Source of the DNA: Terriglobia bacterium
GTDB taxonomy: Bacteria > Acidobacteriota > Terriglobia > UBA7540
DNA: 64,000 nt
Direction of reading: 5' to 3'
Assembly (NCBI GenBank): GCA_035308965.1
Contig: DATGFN010000015.1
Coordinates: 121,762 to 185,761 of the forward strand
Shown here: in pieces, positions 30,016-39,020 of the stretch
Layout: every line of letters begins with the position of its first letter
Numbering within the stretch: position 1 is the stretch's first letter
The notes under the pieces: model-generated
The model's input: only the letters and a program-made list of their open reading frames with translations
Told to the model about the DNA's origin: nothing
Databases searched by the model: none
Position numbers and translations under genes: made by a program

Positions 30016-30708
30016 TTACACCGGAATAAACGCGCCTGGATCGTTGAATTCGTCACGGCCGCCTTTGCTGCGATCCCACATGAAGAGAATGCTTTTATCG
30101 GCGATGATTTGGCCCTGGGCGTTCAATTCAACGTGCGCACGGTCCATGGGCCTCGGTGCAGGACCCTCAAAATTGATACCTTCCGGCGTGTAGCCGCTGC
30201 CGTGGCACGGACACTTGAACTTGTTTTCGGCCGGTTTCCAGTCCGGCGTGCAGCCGAGATGCGTGCACTTGGCGAAGATGGCAAAAATCTGGGTAGGTTC
30301 CCTCACCACGTAAATGCGGCACTCCTGTTTGAACCGGTCGCTGACGCCAAGGACATAATCGGACGGATAGCCAAGATTGCAAATGTTGCTGGGCTCAAAT
30401 AGGGCGCGCGGGAAAAAGAAGCGGAGGAACATCAGGAAATTCGCGCCCAGGAATGCCACAATGCAAGTCCAGGTCAGGCGACGGCGCAACTGGTTGGGAT
30501 CTGGCTCCTTGACTTCCTTCGCGGGAGCTGCCGCTGGCTTGGCCGCCGGCGGAGTGACGGCTTTGGCCGTCGCTGGAGCTTGAACCGCCGGCTTGGGAGT
30601 TGCGGGCGCCGCGGCGGATTTTTCCACCGGCTTCGCCACCCCAGTCCCCTGTGCCGGATCGGCCGGTTTTGAAGGAGCCGGGGCGTTCGGATCTTCTGGA
30701 TTCGACAT
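30016..30708 (-). CDS. Rieske [2Fe-2S] iron-sulfur protein with Pro/Ala-rich N-terminal tail
   Basis: Rieske boxes CTHLGCTPDW and CPCHGSGY, a TM helix and a low-complexity PA-rich N-terminus. Confidence 0.9.
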   Translation of the reverse strand: MSNPEDPNAPAPSKPADPAQGTGVAKPVEKSAAAPATPKPAVQAPATAKAVTPPAAKPAAAPAKEVKEPDPNQLRRRLTWTCIVAFLGANFLMFLRFFFPRALFEPSNICNLGYPSDYVLGVSDRFKQECRIYVVREPTQIFAIFAKCTHLGCTPDWKPAENKFKCPCHGSGYTPEGINFEGPAPRPMDRAHVELNAQGQIIADKSILFMWDRSKGGRDEFNDPGAFIPV

Positions 30709-30851
30709 TCTTTTTACCCTTCGTTTTTGCTATGTGCCCGTAGAGGAATTCTGCGACGCTAAATTATGAAATGAGAATTTATATGATGGCCGCTGAATCT
30801 GTCAAGACGATTTGATGAAGGGGGGATGCGTTGTTCCATAATGCTATTTGG

Positions 30852-30892
30852 AAAAAAGAGGGTTGTAGGGTCGGGGCTTGCCCCGGCCTTCT
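30852..30892 (-). terminator. possible hairpin downstream of the flotillin gene (GGCCGGGGCAAGCCCCGACC + distal U-run)
   Basis: 8-bp GC stem read on the minus strand. The U-tract is displaced by about 10 nt, which is not classical, so this call is weak. Confidence 0.2.
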
Positions 30893-30994
30893 GCAACAAA
30901 GTCAAAAAAAGGCCAGGGCAAGCTCGCTAATGCGGATTCCGCCTAGGCGACCCCGCCCTACGTGAATCCGTTTCTCGCAATGCTCTTTGCGAAA

Positions 30995-33007
30995 TTAAGA
31001 CTTCGCAGGATTGGTTGGTATTGAGATCCCTCCAGCCTGGTTCGCGAACACCTTTGTCAAAGTAGCCGCCAAACCTTCTACGGCGCCGCCCCCACCCATC
31101 ACCAGGATTTGCGGCATGAATTGCGCGCCCTTATCCGCAAGGACAGTAGCCACATTGACCAGCGCGGTGCTGGCGGACCCGATGGCGTCGTTCTGAGCTT
31201 TGAAGCCTTCCGCTTTGGCGAGCCCTTGGGCGCGGATCACGTCGGCCCCTGCCGTCCCGGTCTGTTTGATGAATTCGGATTCACCTCGCGCCTGTTGCAC
31301 ACGGGCGTCCGCATTGTTTTTGTTAATGTCGATACCAATCGACGATTTGGCCAGGTCGCGTTGCATGTCCGCCTTGCCCGTCGTCGCCTCGGTCGATACT
31401 CGTTGTTCCTGCGCCTTTTGCTGCATCTTGAAGGTTTCGATTTCCTGGTTGGCAATCTCGCGCTTGGTCAGCACGGCCACCAGTTCCTGGGGCAGGATGA
31501 CATCCTGAATATAGACGCCCTTGGTTTCAACCTCATATTCCGATAGTTGCTTTGAGATGTGCTCCAAAGCTTCTTCCTGCACAAGTTGACGGCTCTGGAT
31601 AAATTTCACCGCTTCCATCCCGCCCAATTTGTCGCGGAACAGATTGCCCACAGCGGCCTGCAAAACTTCGTTCACCAGGTTTAGCACGCTGCCCACCATG
31701 GAAATTACGCGGGGGGCTTTGGTGTCCGGAACGTGGATCAAAACCTGCAGATCGATTTCGAACACAAAGCCTTCCCGGCTTTTTGCCGTGATTGGTTCCA
31801 ACCTTTCGTCCAGACCATGCGCGCCGGTCACACCCTTGGCCCAATCGAGTTTAAGGATTGCCGTGGGCACAATTTCCGCCTGATAGATGCGCGGGTTGAT
31901 GGGATATTTTCCCGTGCGCAACGGTTCTTCCCAAATGCCGCGGTGCCCCGGCTTGACCAGGCTTCCAAATTTGAATTCAAGGCCGGAGGTATCCTCGGTG
32001 GGCAATCCCACATAGGATTTAATTACCGCCACCTGGCCCTGCTCGACTACCAGCATGGGGACTTGCTCAACCCGCACCAGAAATGGATTGAGGTTGTAAG
32101 CGCCATAGAGCAACGGGTCGTGTTGCAATCCAATCTTGCCGCCCTTATCCAGAAACGACTGGAAATCCTGGTAAGATTTGTGCTGATCGTTCTTGCTTCC
32201 GAGGATGGTCTCGATGAGTTGTGGATTCCCCACCGGTCCGGCGGCATTCCCTGCTTCCCGAGACCTCGCCTCGAGCGCTTCAATGTCCTTAAATCCGCCC
32301 AATCGGCTGGCAATGTCCCCGGCGGGTAGCGGGTCGCCGTCAAGCGTGGTGACCACGCCCACCATGTCGACCACGTGACCAAGATCCGTCGCGCGCGGCT
32401 CGATGCGGGTTACTTCAAGCTGCTTCTCCATCAATCCGAAGGCGGCGAAAGTGAGATTGCCTCCTTTAATCCGGTCTCGTAGTTCTTCTGAAACCGGGAT
32501 GCCATAAACCTGCGGTTTGGTAATCACCAGAAACCCAACCGGATGAATGGGGGCGAGAGTTCCCGGTGGCAAAACTGGACGCTGAACTCCCTTCTGGCCT
32601 TTGATCTTTTTTCCGCCAGGTCCATTCACGCCCTCCACGAACAGATGCAAATCGGTCAAGTTGCCAAATTCCGGAGCATAGACGGCAGACTTGGCGCCGA
32701 TAGGCAGGGGTTGGCCAATCTGGGCAATCACCAAGCCAATTTGGCCGGCCGGCACCTGCACCCACGGATGCTTGGTCACGGCATAGAACGGGAGAAACAT
32801 GAAGCGAAGGCCGGGCATCAACAATTCAGCCTGATACCCTGCCTCATAGTGAAAAGCAATAGGGTTGTCGTCCGGCAATCGCTTCCCGAATCGCTTGCGG
32901 ACAAGCCCGACCTGTGTCGGTCCGATGCTGTAAATGGATTTCCACAAAACGATCAGGGCAATGACAACCAGAATGGTCAACACGTAGTAAGAAATGGTGA
33001 GCAACAC
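30995..33007 (-). CDS. flotillin-like SPFH/band-7 family protein
   Basis: N-terminal TM helix, an SPFH domain and a long Ala/Gln-rich coiled-coil tail (EAQNDAIGSASTALVN...). 670 aa. Confidence 0.75.
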   Translation of the reverse strand: MLLTISYYVLTILVVIALIVLWKSIYSIGPTQVGLVRKRFGKRLPDDNPIAFHYEAGYQAELLMPGLRFMFLPFYAVTKHPWVQVPAGQIGLVIAQIGQPLPIGAKSAVYAPEFGNLTDLHLFVEGVNGPGGKKIKGQKGVQRPVLPPGTLAPIHPVGFLVITKPQVYGIPVSEELRDRIKGGNLTFAAFGLMEKQLEVTRIEPRATDLGHVVDMVGVVTTLDGDPLPAGDIASRLGGFKDIEALEARSREAGNAAGPVGNPQLIETILGSKNDQHKSYQDFQSFLDKGGKIGLQHDPLLYGAYNLNPFLVRVEQVPMLVVEQGQVAVIKSYVGLPTEDTSGLEFKFGSLVKPGHRGIWEEPLRTGKYPINPRIYQAEIVPTAILKLDWAKGVTGAHGLDERLEPITAKSREGFVFEIDLQVLIHVPDTKAPRVISMVGSVLNLVNEVLQAAVGNLFRDKLGGMEAVKFIQSRQLVQEEALEHISKQLSEYEVETKGVYIQDVILPQELVAVLTKREIANQEIETFKMQQKAQEQRVSTEATTGKADMQRDLAKSSIGIDINKNNADARVQQARGESEFIKQTGTAGADVIRAQGLAKAEGFKAQNDAIGSASTALVNVATVLADKGAQFMPQILVMGGGGAVEGLAATLTKVFANQAGGISIPTNPAKS

Positions 33008-33261
33008 GGTGCCTCCTCGCTATCCTCGCCTTGCATCATGATCTGGTGGGGATTGGCCTCTTTGAGGTAGATGATTGGTCAAGTGAGTCGGTGTATTTTA
33101 CTGGAATGACACCTGGGTAACAACAACTTCTATATTTCCAATGATCTGAACAGGCAAGGGGAAGTGAGGACTTACTGACCGGTCGGTAAAAGGGTTGAGA
33201 GCTTTGCGCGAATTAGGAATCGCCGAACTAAACTTTGCTTGATGTAGCTACGGAGGGAGGC

Positions 33262-33621
33262 CTATTTTGCCGACCGATGAAGAATGACGCGCACTTTTTC
33301 GAGTGTAATCATTCCCCCTCCCAGCATTTCGTCCAACTTGGGGAGAATTTTCTCGATGCGCTCGGAGTACTCAACTACTTCGACCACCATGGGCAAGTCC
33401 TGCGAGAGGCGGAGGATGGCGGTGGTGTGGAACGGATGCTGCCCGAGGCTGGAAGAGCCGTAACCCCCGACACCGCGAAGGACGGTCACGCCATAAAACT
33501 GCTCCTGCCGAAACAAGTCCACCAGGGCCTTGTACAGGGGCTTGCCTTCCCACTTATCGGATTCGCCAAAATGAATCCGCATCAAGGTGCGCTCACCTTC
33601 GAATCTTTGGTGCTCCATCAT
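33262..33621 (-). CDS. DUF190 domain protein (fluoride-responsive, CrcB-associated)
   Basis: RIHFGESDKWEGKPLYKALVDLFRQEQFYGVTVLRGVGGYG matches the DUF190 consensus. It is immediately downstream of crcB. Confidence 0.7.
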   Translation of the reverse strand: MMEHQRFEGERTLMRIHFGESDKWEGKPLYKALVDLFRQEQFYGVTVLRGVGGYGSSSLGQHPFHTTAILRLSQDLPMVVEVVEYSERIEKILPKLDEMLGGGMITLEKVRVILHRSAK

Positions 33622-33627
33622 TTCCTC

Positions 33628-34032
33628 CTACACTCGGTCCGCCAAGACCATGCCGATACGAAGCAATACCAGCCCGCCAATCACGCTGGCGGACACATAA
33701 GCTCCCGCTTTCATCCACTCGCCGTCTTGCAGCAAATGTACGGTTTCCCAGCCAAAGGTTGAGAAAGTAGTGAAGGCGCCGAAAAAGCCGATGGTGAGGG
33801 CTACGCGCCACTCGGGGGGAAAGGAAATGTGGTTGAGGGCATACTGTCCCACGCCCCCCAGGAGGAAGCAGCCCAAAAGGTTCACCACCAGAGTTCCGCT
33901 GGGAAATCCAGAGCCGGTGCGCGCCTGCACCAACCCCTGGAGGCCATAGCGCGCCAGCGTCCCGGCAATTCCAAAAATAATCAGCAAAGTAATTTGCAAT
34001 TTGTCCCTTCCTTCCGCATGCCCACCCAACAA
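33628..34032 (-). CDS. crcB: fluoride ion channel CrcB/Fluc
   Basis: GFFGAFTTFSTFGWE signature. The track start is TTG at 34032, inside the riboswitch terminator U-tract. A more likely start is the in-frame TTG near 33999, preceded by GGAAGGGA. Confidence 0.85.
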   Translation of the reverse strand: MLGGHAEGRDKLQITLLIIFGIAGTLARYGLQGLVQARTGSGFPSGTLVVNLLGCFLLGGVGQYALNHISFPPEWRVALTIGFFGAFTTFSTFGWETVHLLQDGEWMKAGAYVSASVIGGLVLLRIGMVLADRV

Positions 34033-34118
34033 AAAAACTCCTGGGCGCTCACCAGCGGCCAGGAGTTATCAGTCCGTCGGCTGACGGACGGTTATGGCGA
34101 ACTCCATCGCCTTGAAGC
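34027..34118 (-). promoter_or_regulatory. fluoride riboswitch (crcB RNA motif) with intrinsic-terminator expression platform
   Basis: Minus-strand RNA reads AGGCGAUGGAGUUCGCCAUAACCGUCC-GUCAGCCGAC-GGACUGAUAACUCCUGG. Conserved blocks are GGCGAUGG..UUCGCC, AAC(C)G.CC and CUGAUaaCUCCU, and they lie directly upstream of crcB. Confidence 0.8.
34031..34065 (-). terminator. intrinsic terminator (CUCCUGGCCGCUGGUGAGCGCCCAGGAG + U7) serving as the riboswitch OFF-state element
   Basis: 8-bp GC-rich stem followed by UUUUUUU on the minus strand. Its 5' half overlaps the riboswitch pseudoknot-forming CUCCU. Confidence 0.6.
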
Positions 34119-34229
34119 CCGCATTATACACAACACGACGCAGCCTTTAAAAATCATTCCTGGGGCGCGGCGCAAACTCTGGGCCGATTGAATTCCCACC
34201 ATGCGCTGCATTAAGATGGGGAGCATCTC

Positions 34230-35819
34230 ATGCGATCGCGGTTCAAGTCTCGAAGTGTTGTCTTGCCATGCGCCCTGGCCGCGATGGCGGTGGCAGCGTG
34301 GCCCGCTTGGGGCGCGCATCCATGCGCCGAGTGTCATGCAAAGGAAGTTGCCGGTTATGCCTCCACGCAAATGGCCCATTCGCTCGGCCGACCCGGGCGC
34401 GAGCCGCCCGCAAACTATTTCCATGAGCCCTCCAGGACGCAATTCACTATTCAAGCCAGCCACGGCCAGATGATTCAGGGCATGGAGCGCGGCGGAGTGA
34501 CGTCGGCATATCCTGTCGCCTACCAGATCGGCTCGGGCACGCACGCATTCGCCTACGTCATCCAACTTGGCGATCATCTTTTCCAGTCGCCCCTCGGGTA
34601 TTTTGCGGGTCGCGGCTGGGGCATGTCGCCGGGATACGAAAACGCGAAGGCGCCCGATTTTTTTCGGCCCGTCACCCCGGATTGTCTGGTGTGCCACGCA
34701 GGCAAAGCGCGGGCCATTCCGCAGTCCCTCAACAGCTACCAATCCCCGCCCTTTGAAGCTGAAGCCATTACCTGCGAGCGCTGCCACGGGCCGGTGGATG
34801 CTCACCTGCGCAATCCCGTGCCCGGCTCGATAGTTAATCCCGCTACCCTTCCGCCCCGGGCTCGTGACAGCATTTGCGAGCAGTGCCATTTGAGCGGCGA
34901 AGAGCGCATTCCCAATCCCGGAAAGCAAATCAGCGATTTCCGCCCCGGAAAGGATTTGGAAGAGGTTTACTCGGTTTATGTTTCCGAGAGTTCGCGTGAT
35001 CCCGCGCGCCCCGCCGCTCTTAAGGTTATAAGCCAGGTGCAGCAGCTCGCCTTGAGCACGTGTGCGCGCAAGAGCGGCGGCAAGCTGTGGTGCGGCACTT
35101 GTCACGACCCGCACTCGCAACCGTCCAACCCCCAGGCGTATTTTCGCGAGAAATGTCTTTCGTGCCACGGCTCGGGGCTGCTGAAGACACACGCAAGGCC
35201 CAATCTGGATTGCATTGGCTGCCACATGCCGCGACGCCCGGTGACGGACGGGGCACACACAGTTTTTACTGATCACCGGATTGCGCGCCGCCCTCCGCCC
35301 GCACGGAGCGCCGAAGCGGCCGAGGAAACATTCTCGCTGGTGGCGTGGCACGAGCCCGAGGCAACGCTGGCCCAGCGCAATCTGGCTCTCGCTGAGATTA
35401 AGGTGGGCGGGCGCAAAGAATCCTTTCCCCTGGTCAACCAGGGTTTTGAATTGCTGCGGGACTGTTGGGAAAATTTTCCCAATGACCCGCCCACGCTGAA
35501 GGGCGTTGGCGATGCTTTCCTGACGGCCGGCCAGGGCGCCGACGCCGCCATCGCGTTCGAGCGGGCGATTCAGATTGAACCCAATAATGCCGTCCTTTAT
35601 CTCCATGCCGGGCTGGCCTGGAAACAGGCCGGCGATCCATCGAGGGCGATCGAATACCTGGAGAAAGCGCTGCAACTCGACCCGCTGATGGAGCAGCCCT
35701 ATCGCGAACTCGGGCAGATATATTCGGAAGCCCAAAATCCCGAAAAGGCCAATGAAGTCTTTGGCCGCTTCATGAGAGCCTTTCAAAAAACCGAACGAAC
35801 AAAAACCCCTCCCCGTTGA
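34230..35819 (+). CDS. secreted c-type cytochrome with 7 CXXCH motifs and C-terminal TPR repeats
   Basis: Signal peptide followed by seven CXXCH motifs (CAECH, CLVCH, CERCH, CEQCH, CGTCH, CLSCH, CIGCH) and a TPR-like C-terminus (AIQIEPNNAVLYLHAGLAWKQAGD...). Confidence 0.8.
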   Translation: MRSRFKSRSVVLPCALAAMAVAAWPAWGAHPCAECHAKEVAGYASTQMAHSLGRPGREPPANYFHEPSRTQFTIQASHGQMIQGMERGGVTSAYPVAYQIGSGTHAFAYVIQLGDHLFQSPLGYFAGRGWGMSPGYENAKAPDFFRPVTPDCLVCHAGKARAIPQSLNSYQSPPFEAEAITCERCHGPVDAHLRNPVPGSIVNPATLPPRARDSICEQCHLSGEERIPNPGKQISDFRPGKDLEEVYSVYVSESSRDPARPAALKVISQVQQLALSTCARKSGGKLWCGTCHDPHSQPSNPQAYFREKCLSCHGSGLLKTHARPNLDCIGCHMPRRPVTDGAHTVFTDHRIARRPPPARSAEAAEETFSLVAWHEPEATLAQRNLALAEIKVGGRKESFPLVNQGFELLRDCWENFPNDPPTLKGVGDAFLTAGQGADAAIAFERAIQIEPNNAVLYLHAGLAWKQAGDPSRAIEYLEKALQLDPLMEQPYRELGQIYSEAQNPEKANEVFGRFMRAFQKTERTKTPPR

Positions 35820-35982
35820 CCGCAAACCGGCGCCGATTTGATTAACCAAGGATTTGCGAGTTCTTCGAGCCCCGCCTTAGGTGTGGGAAATTGTGATAAA
35901 GCCCCGGTTGCGATATCATGGGCCGGAAGTTTTTAGGAATAGTGATAAAACCGGATTCATCCATTTAATCTGAGGCTCAACC

Positions 35983-36786
35983 ATGAAGACCGATCGCATT
36001 TCTGTCGAGATGGCTATTGAAGTGGTAGGAACAGACTTGATGGGCAGGGCGTTCATGGCTGACGGCAAGACGATTCTTGTGGGGCGCCAGGGAGCGAACA
36101 TTAATCTGGCGCAAAAACTAGCGCCGCATCAGGAGATCAACCTCCGCTGTATTGAGACCTCCAAAGAAGCGGAAGCCCGGGTGGTGGGTCAAATCGGACA
36201 AACGGAGAATGACTACACCTATAGCATCGAATTTCTGGAAGCGGAGGCCAATCCCTGGGGCATTGAGTTTCCTCCCATTGCGGAAGGCGAAGACGCGGTG
36301 GGCCGCGTTGTACTGGAGTGCAGTGCCTGCCATATTCGCGAGTTGACCTACCTCAATGAGTCCCAGCTTGAGGTGCTGGAAACGAACAACAGTTTGGCCC
36401 GTTATTGCAAGCGCTGTGCCGATTACACGGTCTGGAAGAAATCAACCGTTGAGATAAGCTCCACGGAGGCGGCCGCACCGGCGCCCGCGCCTGCGCCGCC
36501 TGCCAAGAGAACTGAAAACCTGCGCCGCGAACACCGGCGCGAGGTTCGGGTGACCACCTGCATCCGCAGCAATGAGTATCACGATGATATCGTGATGAGC
36601 CGCAATGCCTCGCGCGGCGGCCTCTGCTTTGAGAGCACACGCATGTATTCCAAAGGGTGGAAAATCGAAGTCGCGATTCCTTACACCCGCGGCGGCGCCA
36701 ACATTTTTCTCTCCGCCCAGATTGTCCGTGTGCAACCTGCGCCATCCGGTGAGTTGAGCGTCTTTGGCGTAGCCTACACCCAGTGA
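35983..36786 (+). CDS. PilZ domain-containing protein (c-di-GMP binding candidate) with internal Cys4 zinc-ribbon
   Basis: C-terminal RREHRREVRV...SRNASRGGLCFES fits the PilZ RxxxR/(D/N)xSxxG motifs. CSACH...CKRCADY forms a Cys4 cluster. Confidence 0.5.
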   Translation: MKTDRISVEMAIEVVGTDLMGRAFMADGKTILVGRQGANINLAQKLAPHQEINLRCIETSKEAEARVVGQIGQTENDYTYSIEFLEAEANPWGIEFPPIAEGEDAVGRVVLECSACHIRELTYLNESQLEVLETNNSLARYCKRCADYTVWKKSTVEISSTEAAAPAPAPAPPAKRTENLRREHRREVRVTTCIRSNEYHDDIVMSRNASRGGLCFESTRMYSKGWKIEVAIPYTRGGANIFLSAQIVRVQPAPSGELSVFGVAYTQ

Positions 36787-36911
36787 GCGGAAGCCGCAGC
36801 TTATGATGAAGGGGTTTGTTTCCGGAAGTTTTGAAGCAGGCGGCATCGAAGCTCGCAATTGAGTGAAACCCTTCTTCTGAATTTGAAGTGTTCAAGCGGC
36901 CCGCCAAACCA

Positions 36912-39020
36912 TTACTGGCTCAACTGCGGAAAAGCAGTGATGCGCAACTTCGCGGCGCCATACGGAATCAAGCTGAGCGCCTCAATCGGTTCGCCACTCG
37001 ATAGCGGGCTCGCCGGCAATGGCCCTGCCGAGCCGTGCACCAGCTTCCAATCCGGAATTCTTCTGCCCTTGCCGCGCACCATGAGGGGGGTCCCTTCGGG
37101 GCTGAAGGGATATTCGCCCATCGGCTTCTCAATAACACGGAGAGCCGCTTCCGGTTTATCGCGATCGATGATCAGGCCGTAATTCCAGGGCGTGGTGGGC
37201 ACAATCGCCCAATCGGAGCCCGGCAACGCCGAGGGCTTGGACATCCCTTTTCCAATTTTCTGCCACTTCTCTCCAATCATCAGTGAGAACACCAAAGGGC
37301 CGCGCTCAACCACCACCGAGTTGTTGAACGCCGTGGAGGCGCGCACGCGCATGGGCAGCGTCACTACAACTTTATCTCCCTTCTTCCAGGTTCTTTCAAT
37401 GCGATGAAATTGTCCCGGGCGCACCCTCTCCGCGGATTTCCCATTCACGGTAATTTTTGCCCCGTCTGCCCAGGCGGGAATCCTGAGCAAGAGCGGGAAG
37501 TCAACGGAGGTAATTGGATTCACGGTCAGTTGTATTTCCCCTTTGAAGGGATACGCAGTCTCTTCTTCGATGGTAACGCGTACGCCGCTTCTCACCTGGC
37601 TTGTGACTTGGCTCGGTCCATAGGTCACGGCGACCAGGCCATGGTCCGGCGTGGCCATCCACATGCTCGCTACGAACTTCGGCCAACCTTGGTGCATGTT
37701 GGCGGTGCAGCACCCGAAGTTCGGTTCCACGCCGAAGACATTCGCCTCCGGCCCGTTGCTGGTCCAGTCGCGTTTTTCCAGCGAGCACATCACCTGGTTC
37801 GGCTGCTGGTCATACTGGTGGGCCCACATGTCTTTCGAGAATGTTCCGGGCAGGGCGTTGAAGGCGATTCTTTCCAGACGATCGGCGTAAGCGGGATCGC
37901 CCAGGATGCTGATCAGCTGTTCGAGCGAAAATTGTTCCTCCACCACCGAGCAGAGCTCAGTCCCTTGCGAAGGGTCGCGCCCGGCGAGGTGTTCATCACA
38001 ACTGAACATGCCATTGGGCAAAAGGTGATATTGGTCCAACTCGCTCAACTGATGAGCGGCGGCCTTGCGGTCCGAGTCGTCACCCGAAACCAGCGACCAG
38101 ACCGCCGAGGTCTTGATAGCCATCGCGTTGTTCACGCCGTGCGCGCTCAAAGATGCGTCATTATTGCCATCCGGTTTCTTGCGTATATCATCTTTCGTAA
38201 TTTTTGCCTTATAGGGAAAGTTTTCGAATTCGCCCCGCCAATCGTATCCTTGCGCTTTGAGTGTTCTCGCCAAATCAAGCAGACTTTCATCTCCGGTGTG
38301 GTTGTAAAGCCATAGCACGCTCACCACCTCATCAGCCCACCGGAAGCGGGCCCATTCGAATAGGGGGCGCTCGGCAAGATTCGCCGCCTGATAATGGAAA
38401 TAGCGCTGCATGAGTGGAACTACGCGTGGGTCGCCGGTAGCTTCCTGATACTGAGTGAGGGCTTTCAGCATCACCATATTGGGCCACCAGTCTTTATTCG
38501 TCTCCGGCCCAATCGAGCCGTCCGGCCGCTGATGGGTCAACGTCCATTCCATCCATTGCTTGGCCTTGGCGATCAGCTTGGGATCGCCCAGGAGGTAGGC
38601 CAGGGGAACCAGCCCGTCCGAATAATATGGGCCACGCTCCCAGCTCTCTCCGGTCCCGCCCAGCCAGCCGCTTTTCGGACCGACGTCTTCCCAAAAATCT
38701 CCCAGATGCCCGGTTAGTCCGTCTGCCTGGATTTGCAACTGACGGCGCAGCCAACCCCTGGGCTTGATAGAGGTGAGTGGAAGGGGAATTAAAGTATCGG
38801 GACGGAGGGGGGCGCGATTCTCGACCGGCGCTGTTGAAGCGCCTTCAGCAGTAACAACTGGATGATTTGGAATGGCGGACGCAACGTAACTGAGGACAAT
38901 CGGGGGCACGAATTTTACCGCGCGCTCGTAATCCGACTGGGTGCCTTGTGGGAAAACCAGAGATGGAAAGAAAAACATTGAAACAAAAAGCGCTGTGACG
39001 CAATTCTTGACTGGGTTCAT
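36912..39020 (-). CDS. glycoside hydrolase family 127 (DUF1680; beta-L-arabinofuranosidase-like), secreted
   Basis: Signal peptide and about 700 aa. Conserved Cys/Glu elements are present (ELCSVVEEQ, NFGCCTANMHQGWPKF), consistent with the Zn/Cys active site of GH127. Confidence 0.65.
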   Translation of the reverse strand: MNPVKNCVTALFVSMFFFPSLVFPQGTQSDYERAVKFVPPIVLSYVASAIPNHPVVTAEGASTAPVENRAPLRPDTLIPLPLTSIKPRGWLRRQLQIQADGLTGHLGDFWEDVGPKSGWLGGTGESWERGPYYSDGLVPLAYLLGDPKLIAKAKQWMEWTLTHQRPDGSIGPETNKDWWPNMVMLKALTQYQEATGDPRVVPLMQRYFHYQAANLAERPLFEWARFRWADEVVSVLWLYNHTGDESLLDLARTLKAQGYDWRGEFENFPYKAKITKDDIRKKPDGNNDASLSAHGVNNAMAIKTSAVWSLVSGDDSDRKAAAHQLSELDQYHLLPNGMFSCDEHLAGRDPSQGTELCSVVEEQFSLEQLISILGDPAYADRLERIAFNALPGTFSKDMWAHQYDQQPNQVMCSLEKRDWTSNGPEANVFGVEPNFGCCTANMHQGWPKFVASMWMATPDHGLVAVTYGPSQVTSQVRSGVRVTIEEETAYPFKGEIQLTVNPITSVDFPLLLRIPAWADGAKITVNGKSAERVRPGQFHRIERTWKKGDKVVVTLPMRVRASTAFNNSVVVERGPLVFSLMIGEKWQKIGKGMSKPSALPGSDWAIVPTTPWNYGLIIDRDKPEAALRVIEKPMGEYPFSPEGTPLMVRGKGRRIPDWKLVHGSAGPLPASPLSSGEPIEALSLIPYGAAKLRITAFPQLSQ

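Noticed and set aside
34092-35849. 585-aa antisense ORF opposite the TPR cytochrome with 7 CXXCH motifs
   Set aside because: It lies entirely inside a gene with strong motif support (7 CXXCH, signal peptide, TPR). The translation is low-complexity and Arg/Gly/Ala-rich, typical of GC-driven antisense ORFs.
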